Assembly (NCBI GenBank): GCA_027492205.1
Contig: JAOZFN010000001.1
Span: 1 to 28,316, forward strand
Length of the DNA stretch: 28,316 nt
Reading direction: 5' to 3'
DNA from: Thermoproteota archaeon
GTDB lineage: Archaea > Korarchaeota > Korarchaeia > Korarchaeales > Korarchaeaceae
The notes under the pieces were generated by a model, which searched no databases, was not told the DNA's origin, and was given only the letters and a program-made list of their open reading frames with translations. Of this stretch, positions 17,618 to 26,653 are shown in pieces (the stretch's first letter is position 1; every line of letters starts with the position of its first letter). The translations under genes and the position numbers were made by a program.

Positions 17618-18488
17618 TCAACATCCCCCGACCTCGCCCTGGCCCTCAGCTCGCTCAGGCTGGGGCCGACCCTCACCAGACCGAGCTCGGTTATCTCCAG
17701 CAGGTGGGTGGACGTGTCGTGGCCGGTCATCCGGCACCCGTCTATCCTGATGGTCCTGACCACCTCCCCAACGGGCACGCCGTAGAGCTGCTCCTGCCAC
17801 CTGCTGGTCACCAGCTCCTTGTTGAGGACTATCGTGCCGTCGAGGATGTGGCTCACCGCGTAGCCGCCGGCGGCCTCGGCGGTCTCGGCCACGTGTGAGC
17901 TCCTCTTCTGCGAGATCAGGATGGCGGTCTGGCCCCAGCGCTTGAGGAAGTTGAAGACCTCCCTGACGATGGACCTGGCCGCGACCTCCCTGGCCTCGAA
18001 GAGGCCAGTTATCGAGTCGATGACCACGTTCTTGGTGTCGTAGCCCTCAATGACGTGGGCCATAGTCTTCAGGAGGGTGGGTATCTCCTCCCTGAGCTCC
18101 CTGTAGCTGGCCGCGTCTATAAGGACTATCCTCTCCTTCACCTCGTCCCAGTCGACCCCCATGGCCTCCGCCCTCTTCCTCAGGCCGGCGGCCACGAAGT
18201 TCGCCGGACTTTCGACGGTGACGAAGCACACCGGGTAGCCCATGGAGGCCTGCTTGACGGCGAACTGCTCCACCATGAGGCTCTTCCCGGTGTCCGGCAC
18301 ACCTGTGAGGTTCGTGACGGACCTGTACGGGAGCCCGCCCAGCGGCCTCTTCACCGGGCGGCCGCCTTCCAGCTCAACCGTGAAGAGCATCTCATCCAGG
18401 CCCTCGATCCCGGTCGGCACGCCGAACAGCTGGGCGCCTTGGCGAACGCCTTGGCGGCGGTCTCGACTGCCCTGTCCACCATGCTCAT
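17614..18488 (-). pseudogene. Single-domain KaiC-like ATPase (TIGR03878/AF_0795-like) with apparent 1-nt deletion near the 5' end
   Basis: PTGIEGLD, Walker A GVPDTGKS, VTVES, Walker B VVIDSITG, SQKRSSH..AEAAGGYAVSHILDGTIVL. ATG 18488 gives MSMVDRAVETAAKAFAKAP and then shifts frame at 18430-18431 into LFGVPTG. Confidence 0.8.
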
Positions 18489-18615
18489 GGTCGGCCCCCA
18501 AGCTGTGACCACTTTTGGTGAATAAAAGGATTTAACGTGAAGGAGATCACGGTATCCACGGGGCCCCCTGCTTCCCCCGAGCGACCTAAGGTTGGCGAGG
18601 TGCTTGATTATTGGT

Positions 18616-18629
18616 TCACATGTTGAATC
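18616..18629. promoter_or_regulatory. Quasi-palindromic motif TCACATGTTGAATC in the KaiC/DUF505 divergent region
   Basis: Exact reverse complement of 14016-14029. Confidence 0.35.
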
Positions 18630-18690
18630 AGTGGATCCCCGGGGGGTGCGCTGGGGGCTTCGGGCGTCGAGATCGGCGGGGGTGATGTGA

Positions 18691-20418
18691 ATGCTGCTCA
18701 GGAGGATTCACGCAGCCGAGATCCTCAGGACCCTTCGCGGCGAGGAGCCGCGGGAGCCAGCGGCCCTCCAGCTCAGGAGGGCGGGCCTGATATCCCAAGA
18801 CGGCACCCTCATCGAGGCCGGGAGGCTGGTGGCCGAGGCCGTCGAGGACGTGTCGAGGGAGCTCGGAGATCCGGCGGATTGGCCCGAGGACAGGTGGGTC
18901 GGGACGGACGTCCTCCAGATGATCGAGGTGTCGGAGAGGTCCGCCCACGTCGTCGAGGCCTGGGTGGGACCGCTATCCTCAAGGGGATTCCTGGGGGACG
19001 GCGAGCTCACCGAGGCGGCGGGCAAGGTGGTTGACGCCTACTCCATGGCCCGACCCAGCCTTTACCTCACGTCTTGGGAGGCCTCCGCCCTCCAGGCCGT
19101 GCCGCCCGGCCCCACGGACCTGAGGGAAGTCACCTCGAAGCTGGAGTCCATGGGGTTCTCCGTGGCCATCATAGACTCCCTTGAGGCCATGCGCCTCGCC
19201 TCCATCGGTGCCCCAGACCCGAGAGAGCCCTCTCCGACCTTCACCCTCACGGGCGCCGGGAGGCTCGTGAGGCAGGCCGTCTCGGGGATGCCCCTTCCAG
19301 AGGGGGGCTACGCCATAGACCCGGACGTGGTAGAGGCGCTCCTCGGCCTCGCCAGGGGCGCCTTCACACAGGAGCGGGAGGAACTCCTAGTCTCGAGGGG
19401 ACTGGCCCACGCGTCCAAGCTAACCTGGCCCGGCAGGTACCTCCTAGCCGCGGTCGACAAGCTGAGCAGGCCCAGGGCGGAGCAGGCCCCCCTCGGAGTC
19501 TCCGCGGAGGAGGTCAGGCTGCTCCTCTCGATCAGAGAGATCTGGAGGAAGCATGAGACTAACCCCGAGGTGGCGGCCACCAGGGAGAGGATCGTCGGTC
19601 AGGTGGCCGAGGACTGGGGCATCGAGGGCTACGACCCGACCAGCGCCCTCTACACGCTGGAGGCTCTGGACCTGATAACCTCCGAGACGGTGGGCGGCAG
19701 GCTCGTGTACAGGCTGACGGAGTGGGGAGAGGAGGTCCTGAGGGTCGTGGGAGAGAGGCCCAGGGACGTCTCCTCGATCGCGGTGAAGGCGGTGCTCTAC
19801 TCCCTCGGTGAGAGGGCGCCCACGATGGGCTGGGTGAGGCTGGCCAGGGATCAGGGCCTCGTCTCATCCGGAGGCATCACGTGGGCGGGGATGAGGCTCG
19901 CGAGGCTCTCCGGGAAGATAAGGAGGAAGCCGCACGTGACCGCCTTCGAGGCAGACGTGCTCAGGAGGATCCCGGACGGTGGGAGCGCCTCCCTGGACGA
20001 GATCTGCTCAGCCTTCGAGGACGCCAGGGCCGCGAGGGTTGCCGTCGAGAAGCTCGAGTGTAGGGGCTTCGTGGACATCCTGCCCAACGACAGGGTCGTC
20101 CTCACCGAGGCAGGAGCCGCGGCGAAGCACGCCCTGCTGGGGGTGAGGGGCGCCCACCCCATCAACCCGGTGCTGGCGAGGATACTCAGCGCCGCCGCCA
20201 AGCACGGGCTCGACAACGTGAAGGAGATCGAGAGGGAGACGAGGCTGGACTTCGAGACCATCAACAAGGCGAGGGTCGTGATAAGGAGGTTCGGCTACTA
20301 CGGCAGGACGGGCGTGACGGACAGGGGCAGGGCCCTCCTGAGGCTGATCGAGATCCTGGAGTCCAGGAGGAGGGAGTCGGAGGAGGTCAGGGAGGAGGAG
20401 AGCGCGTTCCACGCCTGA
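18691..20418 (+). CDS. DUF505 family protein (tandem winged-helix-like repeats)
   Basis: 575 aa; DRWVGTDVLQMIE, repeated LTxxG turns, LYTLEALDLI, KLECRGFVDILPN; GGGGTGA RBS. Family recalled from motifs. Confidence 0.75.
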   Translation: MLLRRIHAAEILRTLRGEEPREPAALQLRRAGLISQDGTLIEAGRLVAEAVEDVSRELGDPADWPEDRWVGTDVLQMIEVSERSAHVVEAWVGPLSSRGFLGDGELTEAAGKVVDAYSMARPSLYLTSWEASALQAVPPGPTDLREVTSKLESMGFSVAIIDSLEAMRLASIGAPDPREPSPTFTLTGAGRLVRQAVSGMPLPEGGYAIDPDVVEALLGLARGAFTQEREELLVSRGLAHASKLTWPGRYLLAAVDKLSRPRAEQAPLGVSAEEVRLLLSIREIWRKHETNPEVAATRERIVGQVAEDWGIEGYDPTSALYTLEALDLITSETVGGRLVYRLTEWGEEVLRVVGERPRDVSSIAVKAVLYSLGERAPTMGWVRLARDQGLVSSGGITWAGMRLARLSGKIRRKPHVTAFEADVLRRIPDGGSASLDEICSAFEDARAARVAVEKLECRGFVDILPNDRVVLTEAGAAAKHALLGVRGAHPINPVLARILSAAAKHGLDNVKEIERETRLDFETINKARVVIRRFGYYGRTGVTDRGRALLRLIEILESRRRESEEVREEESAFHA

Positions 20419-20969
20419 CAGTCCCGCCGCCGCGGGTGGGCACGACCCCATGCTGGGGCGCGCCGCGGTGTAGGGCTGGCCCGCACCCGGCCCGCCGACG
20501 GCGGGAGGCCGGGGCCCATAGCCGGGTAAGCCCAGGGGTGTCGACTCCTGGCCGAGACCCAATGAGCGCGGCCCAGCGTGTCCTGGTCTGCCACGCCCCG
20601 CCTCGGCTCCGAGGTCCCCGGGCAAGGGCTCGGCGACCTCGTCTAGAGCGCCACCCCGGGGTGGCTCGATCAGCCTTCCTTTCTCTCTGTCGCAGTTCGT
20701 TGGAAGGCCACAAATACCCGCGTGGAAATTCTAGATCTCGAATCCCTTCATAGAGCTCGTCGATTGACCAAGGGAGGTGGTTCCTGCGGGGTTTTCCGAC
20801 TGGCGGCGGGGGGTCGAGCCCCTACCCAAGACGGGCCGGTGGTGCTTGGATCCGCCCGGCTACCTAGGAGATAGACCGCAGCCACGTACCAATCGAATGG
20901 TTTTCTCTCTGCGGCCCGAGAATGTTTTTCAAAGGGATCGCGCCATTTCTCGTGGAGTCCAAATTGGGT

Positions 20970-21635
20970 ATGACTGTGACCGAGCTGAAGAAGAAGATGC
21001 TTGAGCTCCTGGAGCGTGACAGGGAGTTCAGGCACGCGGTGGCCGGTCTCATCGGATATGGAGATCTGCTGGAGAAGATGGAGGAGCACGACAGGAAGTT
21101 CAACGAGATCCTGGCCCAGATAGCCGAGATCATGGAGAGGCAGGCGGAGCACGACAGGAAGTTCAACGAGATCCTTGAGCGGTTGGAGGGCCTGGAGAGG
21201 GAGTTGGAGAGGGTACGGATGAGGGTCGAGGTCACCATAGGGAGCATGGGCAGGAGGTGGGGCAGGGACCTGGAGAGGACCACGCTTGAGATATTCAGGG
21301 AGGTGCTGGAGAGGGAGGGGATAGAGCCGGGGAGGGTCGAGAGGTTCGTCAGGGTGGACGAGGACGGCTCGGTGACCGGGGTCAAGGGCAGGAGGGTCGA
21401 GGCCGACATCCTCGTGAGGGACGGTAGGCTCTACATCCTTGAGGTCAAGTCCCACGCCAGCCTTGACGACGTGGAGTGGTTCCACCAGGTTTCCCTCTGG
21501 GTCGAGAGGTTCATGGGGAGGAAGCTCGACAGGCTCATCCTGGTCGCCGTCAACGTGGACGACGACGCCCTGGAGAGGGCCCGAGAGCTCGGCATGGGGG
21601 TCGTTTTTGGGAACGTGATCAGGCTGACCGACTGA
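20970..21635 (+). CDS. Coiled-coil plus PD-(D/E)XK nuclease-fold protein (DUF3782/DUF1626/paREP-like)
   Basis: ELKKKMLELLERDREFRHAVAGLIG N-domain, heptad stalk, GRRWG, EADILVRDGRLYILEVKS. Confidence 0.85.
   Translation: MTVTELKKKMLELLERDREFRHAVAGLIGYGDLLEKMEEHDRKFNEILAQIAEIMERQAEHDRKFNEILERLEGLERELERVRMRVEVTIGSMGRRWGRDLERTTLEIFREVLEREGIEPGRVERFVRVDEDGSVTGVKGRRVEADILVRDGRLYILEVKSHASLDDVEWFHQVSLWVERFMGRKLDRLILVAVNVDDDALERARELGMGVVFGNVIRLTD
21083..21175 (+). repeat. 30-bp exact direct repeat (EHDRKFNEIL x2), period 63 bp
   Basis: GGAGCACGACAGGAAGTTCAACGAGATCCT at 21083-21112 and 21146-21175. Confidence 0.95.
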
Positions 21636-21855
21636 CCCCAAGCCTCCGCGCCTGGGCCCGGAGAACCTTGCTCGGGCGCTCGCGACGCCGACGCCGCGTC
21701 CGCTACGGCTGGGCTCATGGGGTGGACGACCTCGAGCTCGCCCCCCGGGCCCTCAGTCACGCGTCCCGCCACGCCCGCGGCGCGCTCGGCCCGCCGTCCC
21801 AGGCCGCGCGGATCCCGCAAGCCTTAATTCCGTAGAGCACCGGGCACCTCGGACG

Positions 21856-22287
21856 GTGGAGTTGGGGAGGAAGAGGGTGAGGCTCAGCGACGAGGGCCGC
21901 GCCCTGATAATGGGGTGGCACCTCCTGAGGGGGCTGCTCGTCAGGTCGGGCTCGAGCAAGGTCTACCACTTCTCAAAGGCCGCCTACCACGCTCAGAAGC
22001 TGGTGAGGAGGAGGATGAAGGCCGACGAGGCTGAGAGGCTCGGCCTCACCAAATCAGAGTACGTCATGCTCCTCACCATGGCCAAGGGGAGCGAGTTCAC
22101 CGTGAGGGAGCTGGCCGAGGCCACCGGCCTGAGCGAGAGCACCGTGAGGAAGAACCTCAAGACCTTCGTCAGGGCCGGAGTGGCTGAGGAGGACGCCTCC
22201 CAGACGCCCCACATTTATAGGCTTAGGGAGGACGTGAGGAGGGAGCTCAGGGAGGCGCTGGAGCGGGAGAGCGAAGAGGAGGGGTGA
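21856..22287 (+). CDS. Winged HTH transcriptional regulator (TrmB/MarR-like)
   Basis: LGLTKSEYVMLLTM..FTVRELAEATGLSESTVRKNLKTFVRAGVAE..PHIYRL; CTTAATT box about 27-33 nt upstream. Confidence 0.8.
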   Translation: MELGRKRVRLSDEGRALIMGWHLLRGLLVRSGSSKVYHFSKAAYHAQKLVRRRMKADEAERLGLTKSEYVMLLTMAKGSEFTVRELAEATGLSESTVRKNLKTFVRAGVAEEDASQTPHIYRLREDVRRELREALERESEEEG

Positions 22288-22708
22288 GGGGACCACTGGC
22301 ACCTGCCGGGGGCCTAGAAGTCAGAGCTTCGGACGAGTCCTCGAGGGGCCGCGACGACGCACCAACCGACGGGCCAACGGGACCGCGGTCCCCCAGCGGC
22401 CTCGGCCTCTCCATCATCGCGGAGCCCAAGCCCCCAGTCCGTGAGGCAGCGAGGTCGCCGGGTTTGGGTGCTCATGGGCGGGGCCGACGGGCCCCTCCGC
22501 CATGCTGGGGGCGACCGCTTAACGCCGATGGAGAGCTGCCCACGGTAGACGTCAGCTCCGAGGGCACCGCGCCCCAAGGTTCCCCACAGGCTGCCCTGGG
22601 GGCGGAGCGCGGCCCCAGGAGCTGATTGCCCAGGCCTAGGAGGGCCGACGCCCCAAGCCGGGAGGCTGGACTTTGGCCGGAGGGACCGGGGCCCATCTCC
22701 CGGCGGGG

Positions 22709-23131
22709 TCAGGGATCATCCGCGGCCCTCAGCAGATCCCTGGCCATGGCCCTCAGATCATCCAGACCCCTGACCCAGGCCCTGTAGACCTCTTCCGGCT
22801 TCAGCCTGACGTACCCGTGCACCAGGACGTTGCGGAACCTGGCGATCGACCTGTAGAGGTCGGCCCTCTCCCCATCTACCAGACCCGCCTCCTCGAGCAC
22901 GGTTATGGAGTCGGTGTAGCTCTCCGGGGGCCGCCCTCCCTTGGCCACGGCGACGTGCTGGGCCACGTCGAGAAGGCACTCAATCGCGAGCTGGAGGAGT
23001 CTCTCGACGGCCATCCTGAGGACGAGAGAGCCCTGGAACTCCCCGGCCCTCGACCTGAGCCTCTCAAGCTCCTCCAAGTAACCCCTGAAGAGGGAGAGCC
23101 TGGACTCAACGGCCTGCCTGTCAACCTCCAA
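22709..23131 (-). CDS. hepT: HepT-like HEPN ribonuclease toxin (DUF86)
   Basis: AVERLLQLAIECLLDVA and RNVLVHGY (RX4HXY). Overlaps the upstream MNT gene. Confidence 0.92.
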   Translation of the reverse strand: MEVDRQAVESRLSLFRGYLEELERLRSRAGEFQGSLVLRMAVERLLQLAIECLLDVAQHVAVAKGGRPPESYTDSITVLEEAGLVDGERADLYRSIARFRNVLVHGYVRLKPEEVYRAWVRGLDDLRAMARDLLRAADDP

Positions 23132-23534
23132 AGCCCAGCCACCTCCTGGTATACTCCCTGACGGTCCTCCTGAGCGGCTCCAGGTCGGCCCACTCGTCGA
23201 CGGCCCTCTGGGCGAACCTAAGAAAGGAGCGCCGATCTAGCACCAGCAGAGGCTCGCCCCTCAGCGCGGCGAGCCTCAGCCGAGGCGGGGCGTCGTTCAG
23301 CACGAGGAGGTCGACATCCGACCTGACCTCCCTCTGGATCAGGGAGAACACCCTGGATACGGCGTCTTCGCCGGCGTCCTCCGACAGGAGGACCGCGACG
23401 TCCAGGTCGCTCCCCCTCCACTCCTTTCCGAGCGCCGAGCCGAAGAGGATCAGCGCGACCACGCCGACCCCCTCGAGCTCCCCCCTGCTCCTCTCCACGA
23501 GCCTCCGCAGCCTCTCCGCGTCCCGCGCCGCCAT
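23121..23534 (-). CDS. mntA: MntA-like minimal nucleotidyltransferase antitoxin
   Basis: LFGSALGKEWRGSDLDVAV (GS..DxD) and VDLLVLNDAPP. ATG at 23534. Confidence 0.9.
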   Translation of the reverse strand: MAARDAERLRRLVERSRGELEGVGVVALILFGSALGKEWRGSDLDVAVLLSEDAGEDAVSRVFSLIQREVRSDVDLLVLNDAPPRLRLAALRGEPLLVLDRRSFLRFAQRAVDEWADLEPLRRTVREYTRRWLGFGG

Positions 23535-23697
23535 CCCGGCGGACACCCGCTGGGGGAAGAAAAAATTGAGCGCCCCACCCAGAGCCTCACCCAGAGCCTC
23601 GCCCGTCCCGGGGAGGCATCCGGGCTGGGCGGGAATCGGGTCCACATTTATAGCCTTGGGGTGGCCTTGGCTCGGGACGGTTGAGGGGAGATCGGAG

Positions 23698-23997
23698 TTG
23701 ACCGAGGGCGAGGAGCAGAAGGGCGAGTCTCCGGGGGAGGAGGGGGAGTCTGGCGGACTGGACCTGCTCTCAATGGGGAGCATGGGAAGCGCCCTGCAGC
23801 TCATGCTGATCACCCAGGCCCTCGGGAGGCTCATGAAGAAGATCGAGAGGGGGGAGTTCGACCGCGGGTTCCTCAGCGACGCAGTCTACGTGATAGGGGC
23901 GCTCATGCTCATGATCGGAATGAGCCACCCCAAGGCTTTCACCGAGCTCAAGGACTTCCTGGAGAGGCTCGTCTCGTCGGAGTCGGAGGGAGAGTAG
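23698..23997 (+). CDS. Small hypothetical protein with acidic N-terminus and one hydrophobic segment
   Basis: TTG 23698 after GAGGGG; TTTATA at about 23647; AVYVIGALMLMIGM; host-like codon use. Confidence 0.7.
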   Translation: MTEGEEQKGESPGEEGESGGLDLLSMGSMGSALQLMLITQALGRLMKKIERGEFDRGFLSDAVYVIGALMLMIGMSHPKAFTELKDFLERLVSSESEGE

Positions 23998-24014
23998 GGC
24001 CAGGGGGGTCACAG

Positions 24015-24593
24015 GTGCGGGCGCCCGAGTTCACCCCGGCCCTGTGGTACGGGCTCGCGATCGCCGTCGCCCTCTTCCTGGCGTACAGGGTGGCCGTGGC
24101 CCTTGCCTTCGGATTCCTGGCCAAGAGGATGGGCAGGAGGTTCAACGTCTCCTCCAGGGAGGCCCTGAACGTGGCGCTCGCCAGCTTCCTCGACACGGCG
24201 CTCGGCCTCCTGGTGCTGGCCGCGAGCGTGTTCACCAGGGAGATAGACGTCGCCTCAGCGAAGAGGCTCGCCGAGAGGATAAAGTCGGACTCCCTCTACG
24301 TGGTCAGCATCCTGTCCGGTGTCGAGGACTACCAGGCGAGGAACCTGGCCAGAGACGCCCAGCTCCTGGTAGAGAAGCTCGAGCAGGCCCAGAAGAGCCC
24401 CACGTTCGGCAGGCTGGACGTGATCGAGGAACTCGAGGACATGGAGCGGGACCTGACGTTCATCAGGGACAAGGCCGACGACATATCCCTGGCGAAGGAC
24501 GAGAGGCTGAGGAGCAAGCTGCTCTCCGAGTGTGTCCACAGAATGGAATCCGCAAAGGACAGGCTGGAGAGGCTGCTGGGGAAGCTGCAGTGA
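24015..24593 (+). CDS. Hypothetical membrane protein (2 TM plus coiled-coil helical domain)
   Basis: 17 bp after the previous gene, GGGGG RBS, two hydrophobic segments, charged heptad-like C-terminus, TTTT after the stop. Confidence 0.8.
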   Translation: MRAPEFTPALWYGLAIAVALFLAYRVAVALAFGFLAKRMGRRFNVSSREALNVALASFLDTALGLLVLAASVFTREIDVASAKRLAERIKSDSLYVVSILSGVEDYQARNLARDAQLLVEKLEQAQKSPTFGRLDVIEELEDMERDLTFIRDKADDISLAKDERLRSKLLSECVHRMESAKDRLERLLGKLQ

Positions 24594-24643
24594 GCTTTTG
24601 ATCCTGCGGGAACGCCCTCTCGGAGGGAGAAGCCTGTCAAGCC

Positions 24644-24649
24644 AAAAAA
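24644..24649 (-). terminator. Oligo-T (T6) archaeal-type terminator
   Basis: T6 on the minus strand about 37 nt after the stop at 24686. Confidence 0.45.
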
Positions 24650-24685
24650 GTGGTTAGGGGAATCTCCCCCCGACGAAGTCCTCGG

Positions 24686-25048
24686 CTACTCCTTCGATTC
24701 CTTAACCTTCTTGATCTCCTCGGCTATCTCCTTGAGTGCGTCCTTTGGGTCCTTGCCCTCCTTCTCGGCCCTCTCCCTGGTGGCCACGAACACGCCGGCG
24801 AGCGTGGCGGCGGCGAGCTCGGCGATGTCGGAGGGCGACTTCTCCGGCAGGAGTTCCTTGGCCACGAGCTTGGCCTTCTCAGCTGCGCTGAGGTCCTCCC
24901 TCCTCAGGATCTCGGCGATGTCCTCCCTCTCAGCGAGGGCCTCCAGCAGGGCGAAAACGGCTGCGGCCGCGGCCACACCCTTCAGGGCCTTCTTGGCCTC
25001 CTCCGGGACGTCTAGCCTCTTACCTTTCCCCTTCTCCTCTTCGGGCAT
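24686..25048 (-). CDS. Hypothetical Ala/Glu/Lys-rich helical protein
   Basis: 120 aa, strong codon bias, TTAATAT box about 33-39 nt upstream, two Ala-rich hydrophobic helices. Confidence 0.8.
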   Translation of the reverse strand: MPEEEKGKGKRLDVPEEAKKALKGVAAAAAVFALLEALAEREDIAEILRREDLSAAEKAKLVAKELLPEKSPSDIAELAAATLAGVFVATRERAEKEGKDPKDALKEIAEEIKKVKESKE

Positions 25049-25145
25049 GCCTGATCTGATTCAAACCCGTCAGGTCGGCAATATTAACTTTCGTTCGTGA
25101 AAGGACGGTAGAGGGTTTCTGATGGGGCGAGCGATCCGGGCTCGG

Positions 25146-25715
25146 TCAGAGGGACTTCTAAGGACCACCCTCACCCTGAGGTCGAAGAAGTCGCTCGAGC
25201 GCTCCGGCTGACCACCGCCGCCGTCTCCGCGCCCCTTCCGTCTCCGCGACGCATATCACGTCCCTGTCCACCGCTATGAGGCTGGCGTCTGCCGCCATGA
25301 CTGCGATCTCTACGCGGACCTTGATTTCCTCTCCGAACAGCCTGAGCGCGTTGCCCATCAGCTCGACGGGCCCGTAGGTCACGAGCTGCCTCCTCAACGC
25401 CCTCTCCACGCCCGAGAGAGCGTGAGTCACCACCAGAACCTTTCCCCGAGCTCCTCTATCCGCTCTCTGTTCTCCGGCAGCAGCTCCAGCTGCCCCTGGG
25501 ATCTGAAGCCAGCCACGCGGGTAACTACGACTAGGTTTCGACCCGGCAGAAGAACCTCCGCCGCCCTCACACCGGTGTACCCCCTCGTGGACGCCACCAC
25601 CACATCCCGGATTCTCAGGCGGTCTGAGGCCTCCTTGACGATCTGCGGGGCCGACCTGATGTGCTCCTCGCCTCGGTCTCGAAGTAGGTGGACTCCCCCG
25701 GGACCGGCCTCGGCA
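25146..25715 (-). pseudogene. Pyruvate kinase C-terminal-like (MTH1675/COG1751-type) pseudogene
   Basis: Fragments across at least 3 frameshifts: STYFE / IVKEASDRLRIRDVVVASTRGYTG..NLVVVT..ENRERIEELG / THALSGVERAL..ALRLFGEEIKVRVEIAVMAADA / SDFFDLRVR. Confidence 0.85.
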
Positions 25716-25716
25716 G

Positions 25717-26061
25717 TCAGAGCCTGATCGCGTCCCCCTTGTGAGCCCTCCTGACCGCCAGCTTGACGTCGACCGGCGCGAGCGCGGGGTCGATCTCCAG
25801 GGTGGGGTGCCCCGCCAGCGCGGACTCCAGGTCCAGGGTCAGCCTGGACAGGATGGGCGAGCCCGGGTAGCCGAGGGTCTGCACGACCCTCAGGGAGGGA
25901 GGTCTGGACTCCCTCAGGCGACTCATGAACTCCGAGACGAGTTCTTCGTGGTTCTCCCTGCCGAAAAAGAGGGAGAGGAGGTAGGCGTCCCCTTCCCCGG
26001 ACTCAGCCAACCCTCGCCCCTCAAGCCTTACTCTCTCCTCTTGGGAGACCCGTACAGCCAC
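25717..26061 (-). CDS. Hypothetical protein
   Basis: 114-aa ORF with host-like codons following the 26028-26291 ORF. Start uncertain (possibly TTG near 26010). Confidence 0.55.
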   Translation of the reverse strand: MAVRVSQEERVRLEGRGLAESGEGDAYLLSLFFGRENHEELVSEFMSRLRESRPPSLRVVQTLGYPGSPILSRLTLDLESALAGHPTLEIDPALAPVDVKLAVRRAHKGDAIRL

Positions 26062-26291
26062 CTCACCACGTCCTCGAGGCGGCCCCAGTCTGGGGAGGCG
26101 AGCCTGACCACCGACTCCGAGGTGAGCGCGACCTCGTCGAAGCCCGGGTCCGAGGGCCTGATCCTGGCGCTGGAGGCCACCCAGACGACGCGGACTCCCT
26201 CTCTCTCGGCCTCCTCCCTCAGCTCCCTGGCCAGCATCCCGTCCCCCCTGCTGCCCGGGGGGATGTGGACCTCGATCTCATCCTCCTTCAA
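26028..26291 (-). CDS. Hypothetical protein
   Basis: 87 aa, GGGGG RBS before TTG, ATTAATA upstream, host-like codons. Confidence 0.6.
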   Translation of the reverse strand: MKEDEIEVHIPPGSRGDGMLARELREEAEREGVRVVWVASSARIRPSDPGFDEVALTSESVVRLASPDWGRLEDVVRWLYGSPKRRE

Positions 26292-26653
26292 TCGACCGCC
26301 CCCCCAGGGCGTCCAGGGAGTGCGCGAGGGGACCTATTAATGCCCTTCTCCCGGAGGGGACGCGACTCCCGACCCCCCGGGTCGGGGGAGGTCACCTCGA
26401 GACCCCGGCTCGCTTGCCGGCTCCCCAACGGGGCGGGCGAGGCGTGAGGGTCATAGGGAGGCGAGGTTCCGAGGCACTCCCCCGAACCTCTTCTAGACCC
26501 TCGGAGACGGGGGAGGGACGCTGAGTCACTCTGGACCTGCTGCGCGGGGTGAGGACGTCCGACCGACCGACCGCCGGCCGTTCCGCACCCGAGGTTGGCG
26601 GGGAAGACCCACCCCCTCGTCTATTTTAAGGAGTGGGGGTGTGTTTCCCGGGA

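Noticed and set aside
17614-18501. Circadian clock kaiC
   Set aside because: Single domain with no kaiA or kaiB; it matches the thermophile KaiC-like family instead.
14016-18629. Transposon with 14-bp terminal inverted repeats
   Set aside because: No transposase and no target-site duplication. Kept only as a motif observation.
20419-20960. Long GC-rich intergenic region as SRP or RNase P RNA
   Set aside because: No SRP helix-8 motif or RNase P conserved motifs found by eye. An Infernal/Rfam scan would settle it.
21083-21175. 30-bp repeat with 33-bp spacer resembling a mini-CRISPR
   Set aside because: Only two copies, in frame within a coiled-coil CDS, with no leader or cas genes.
22288-22708. 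Short words shared with 20440-20520 (CCATGCTGGGG, CCGGGGCCCAT)
   Set aside because: Only 11-bp GC-rich matches at different spacing, which is expected by chance.
26566-26577. Short CCGA-type tandem repeat near 26559-26572 and neighbouring GC-rich sequence
   Set aside because: Too short and low-complexity to interpret.
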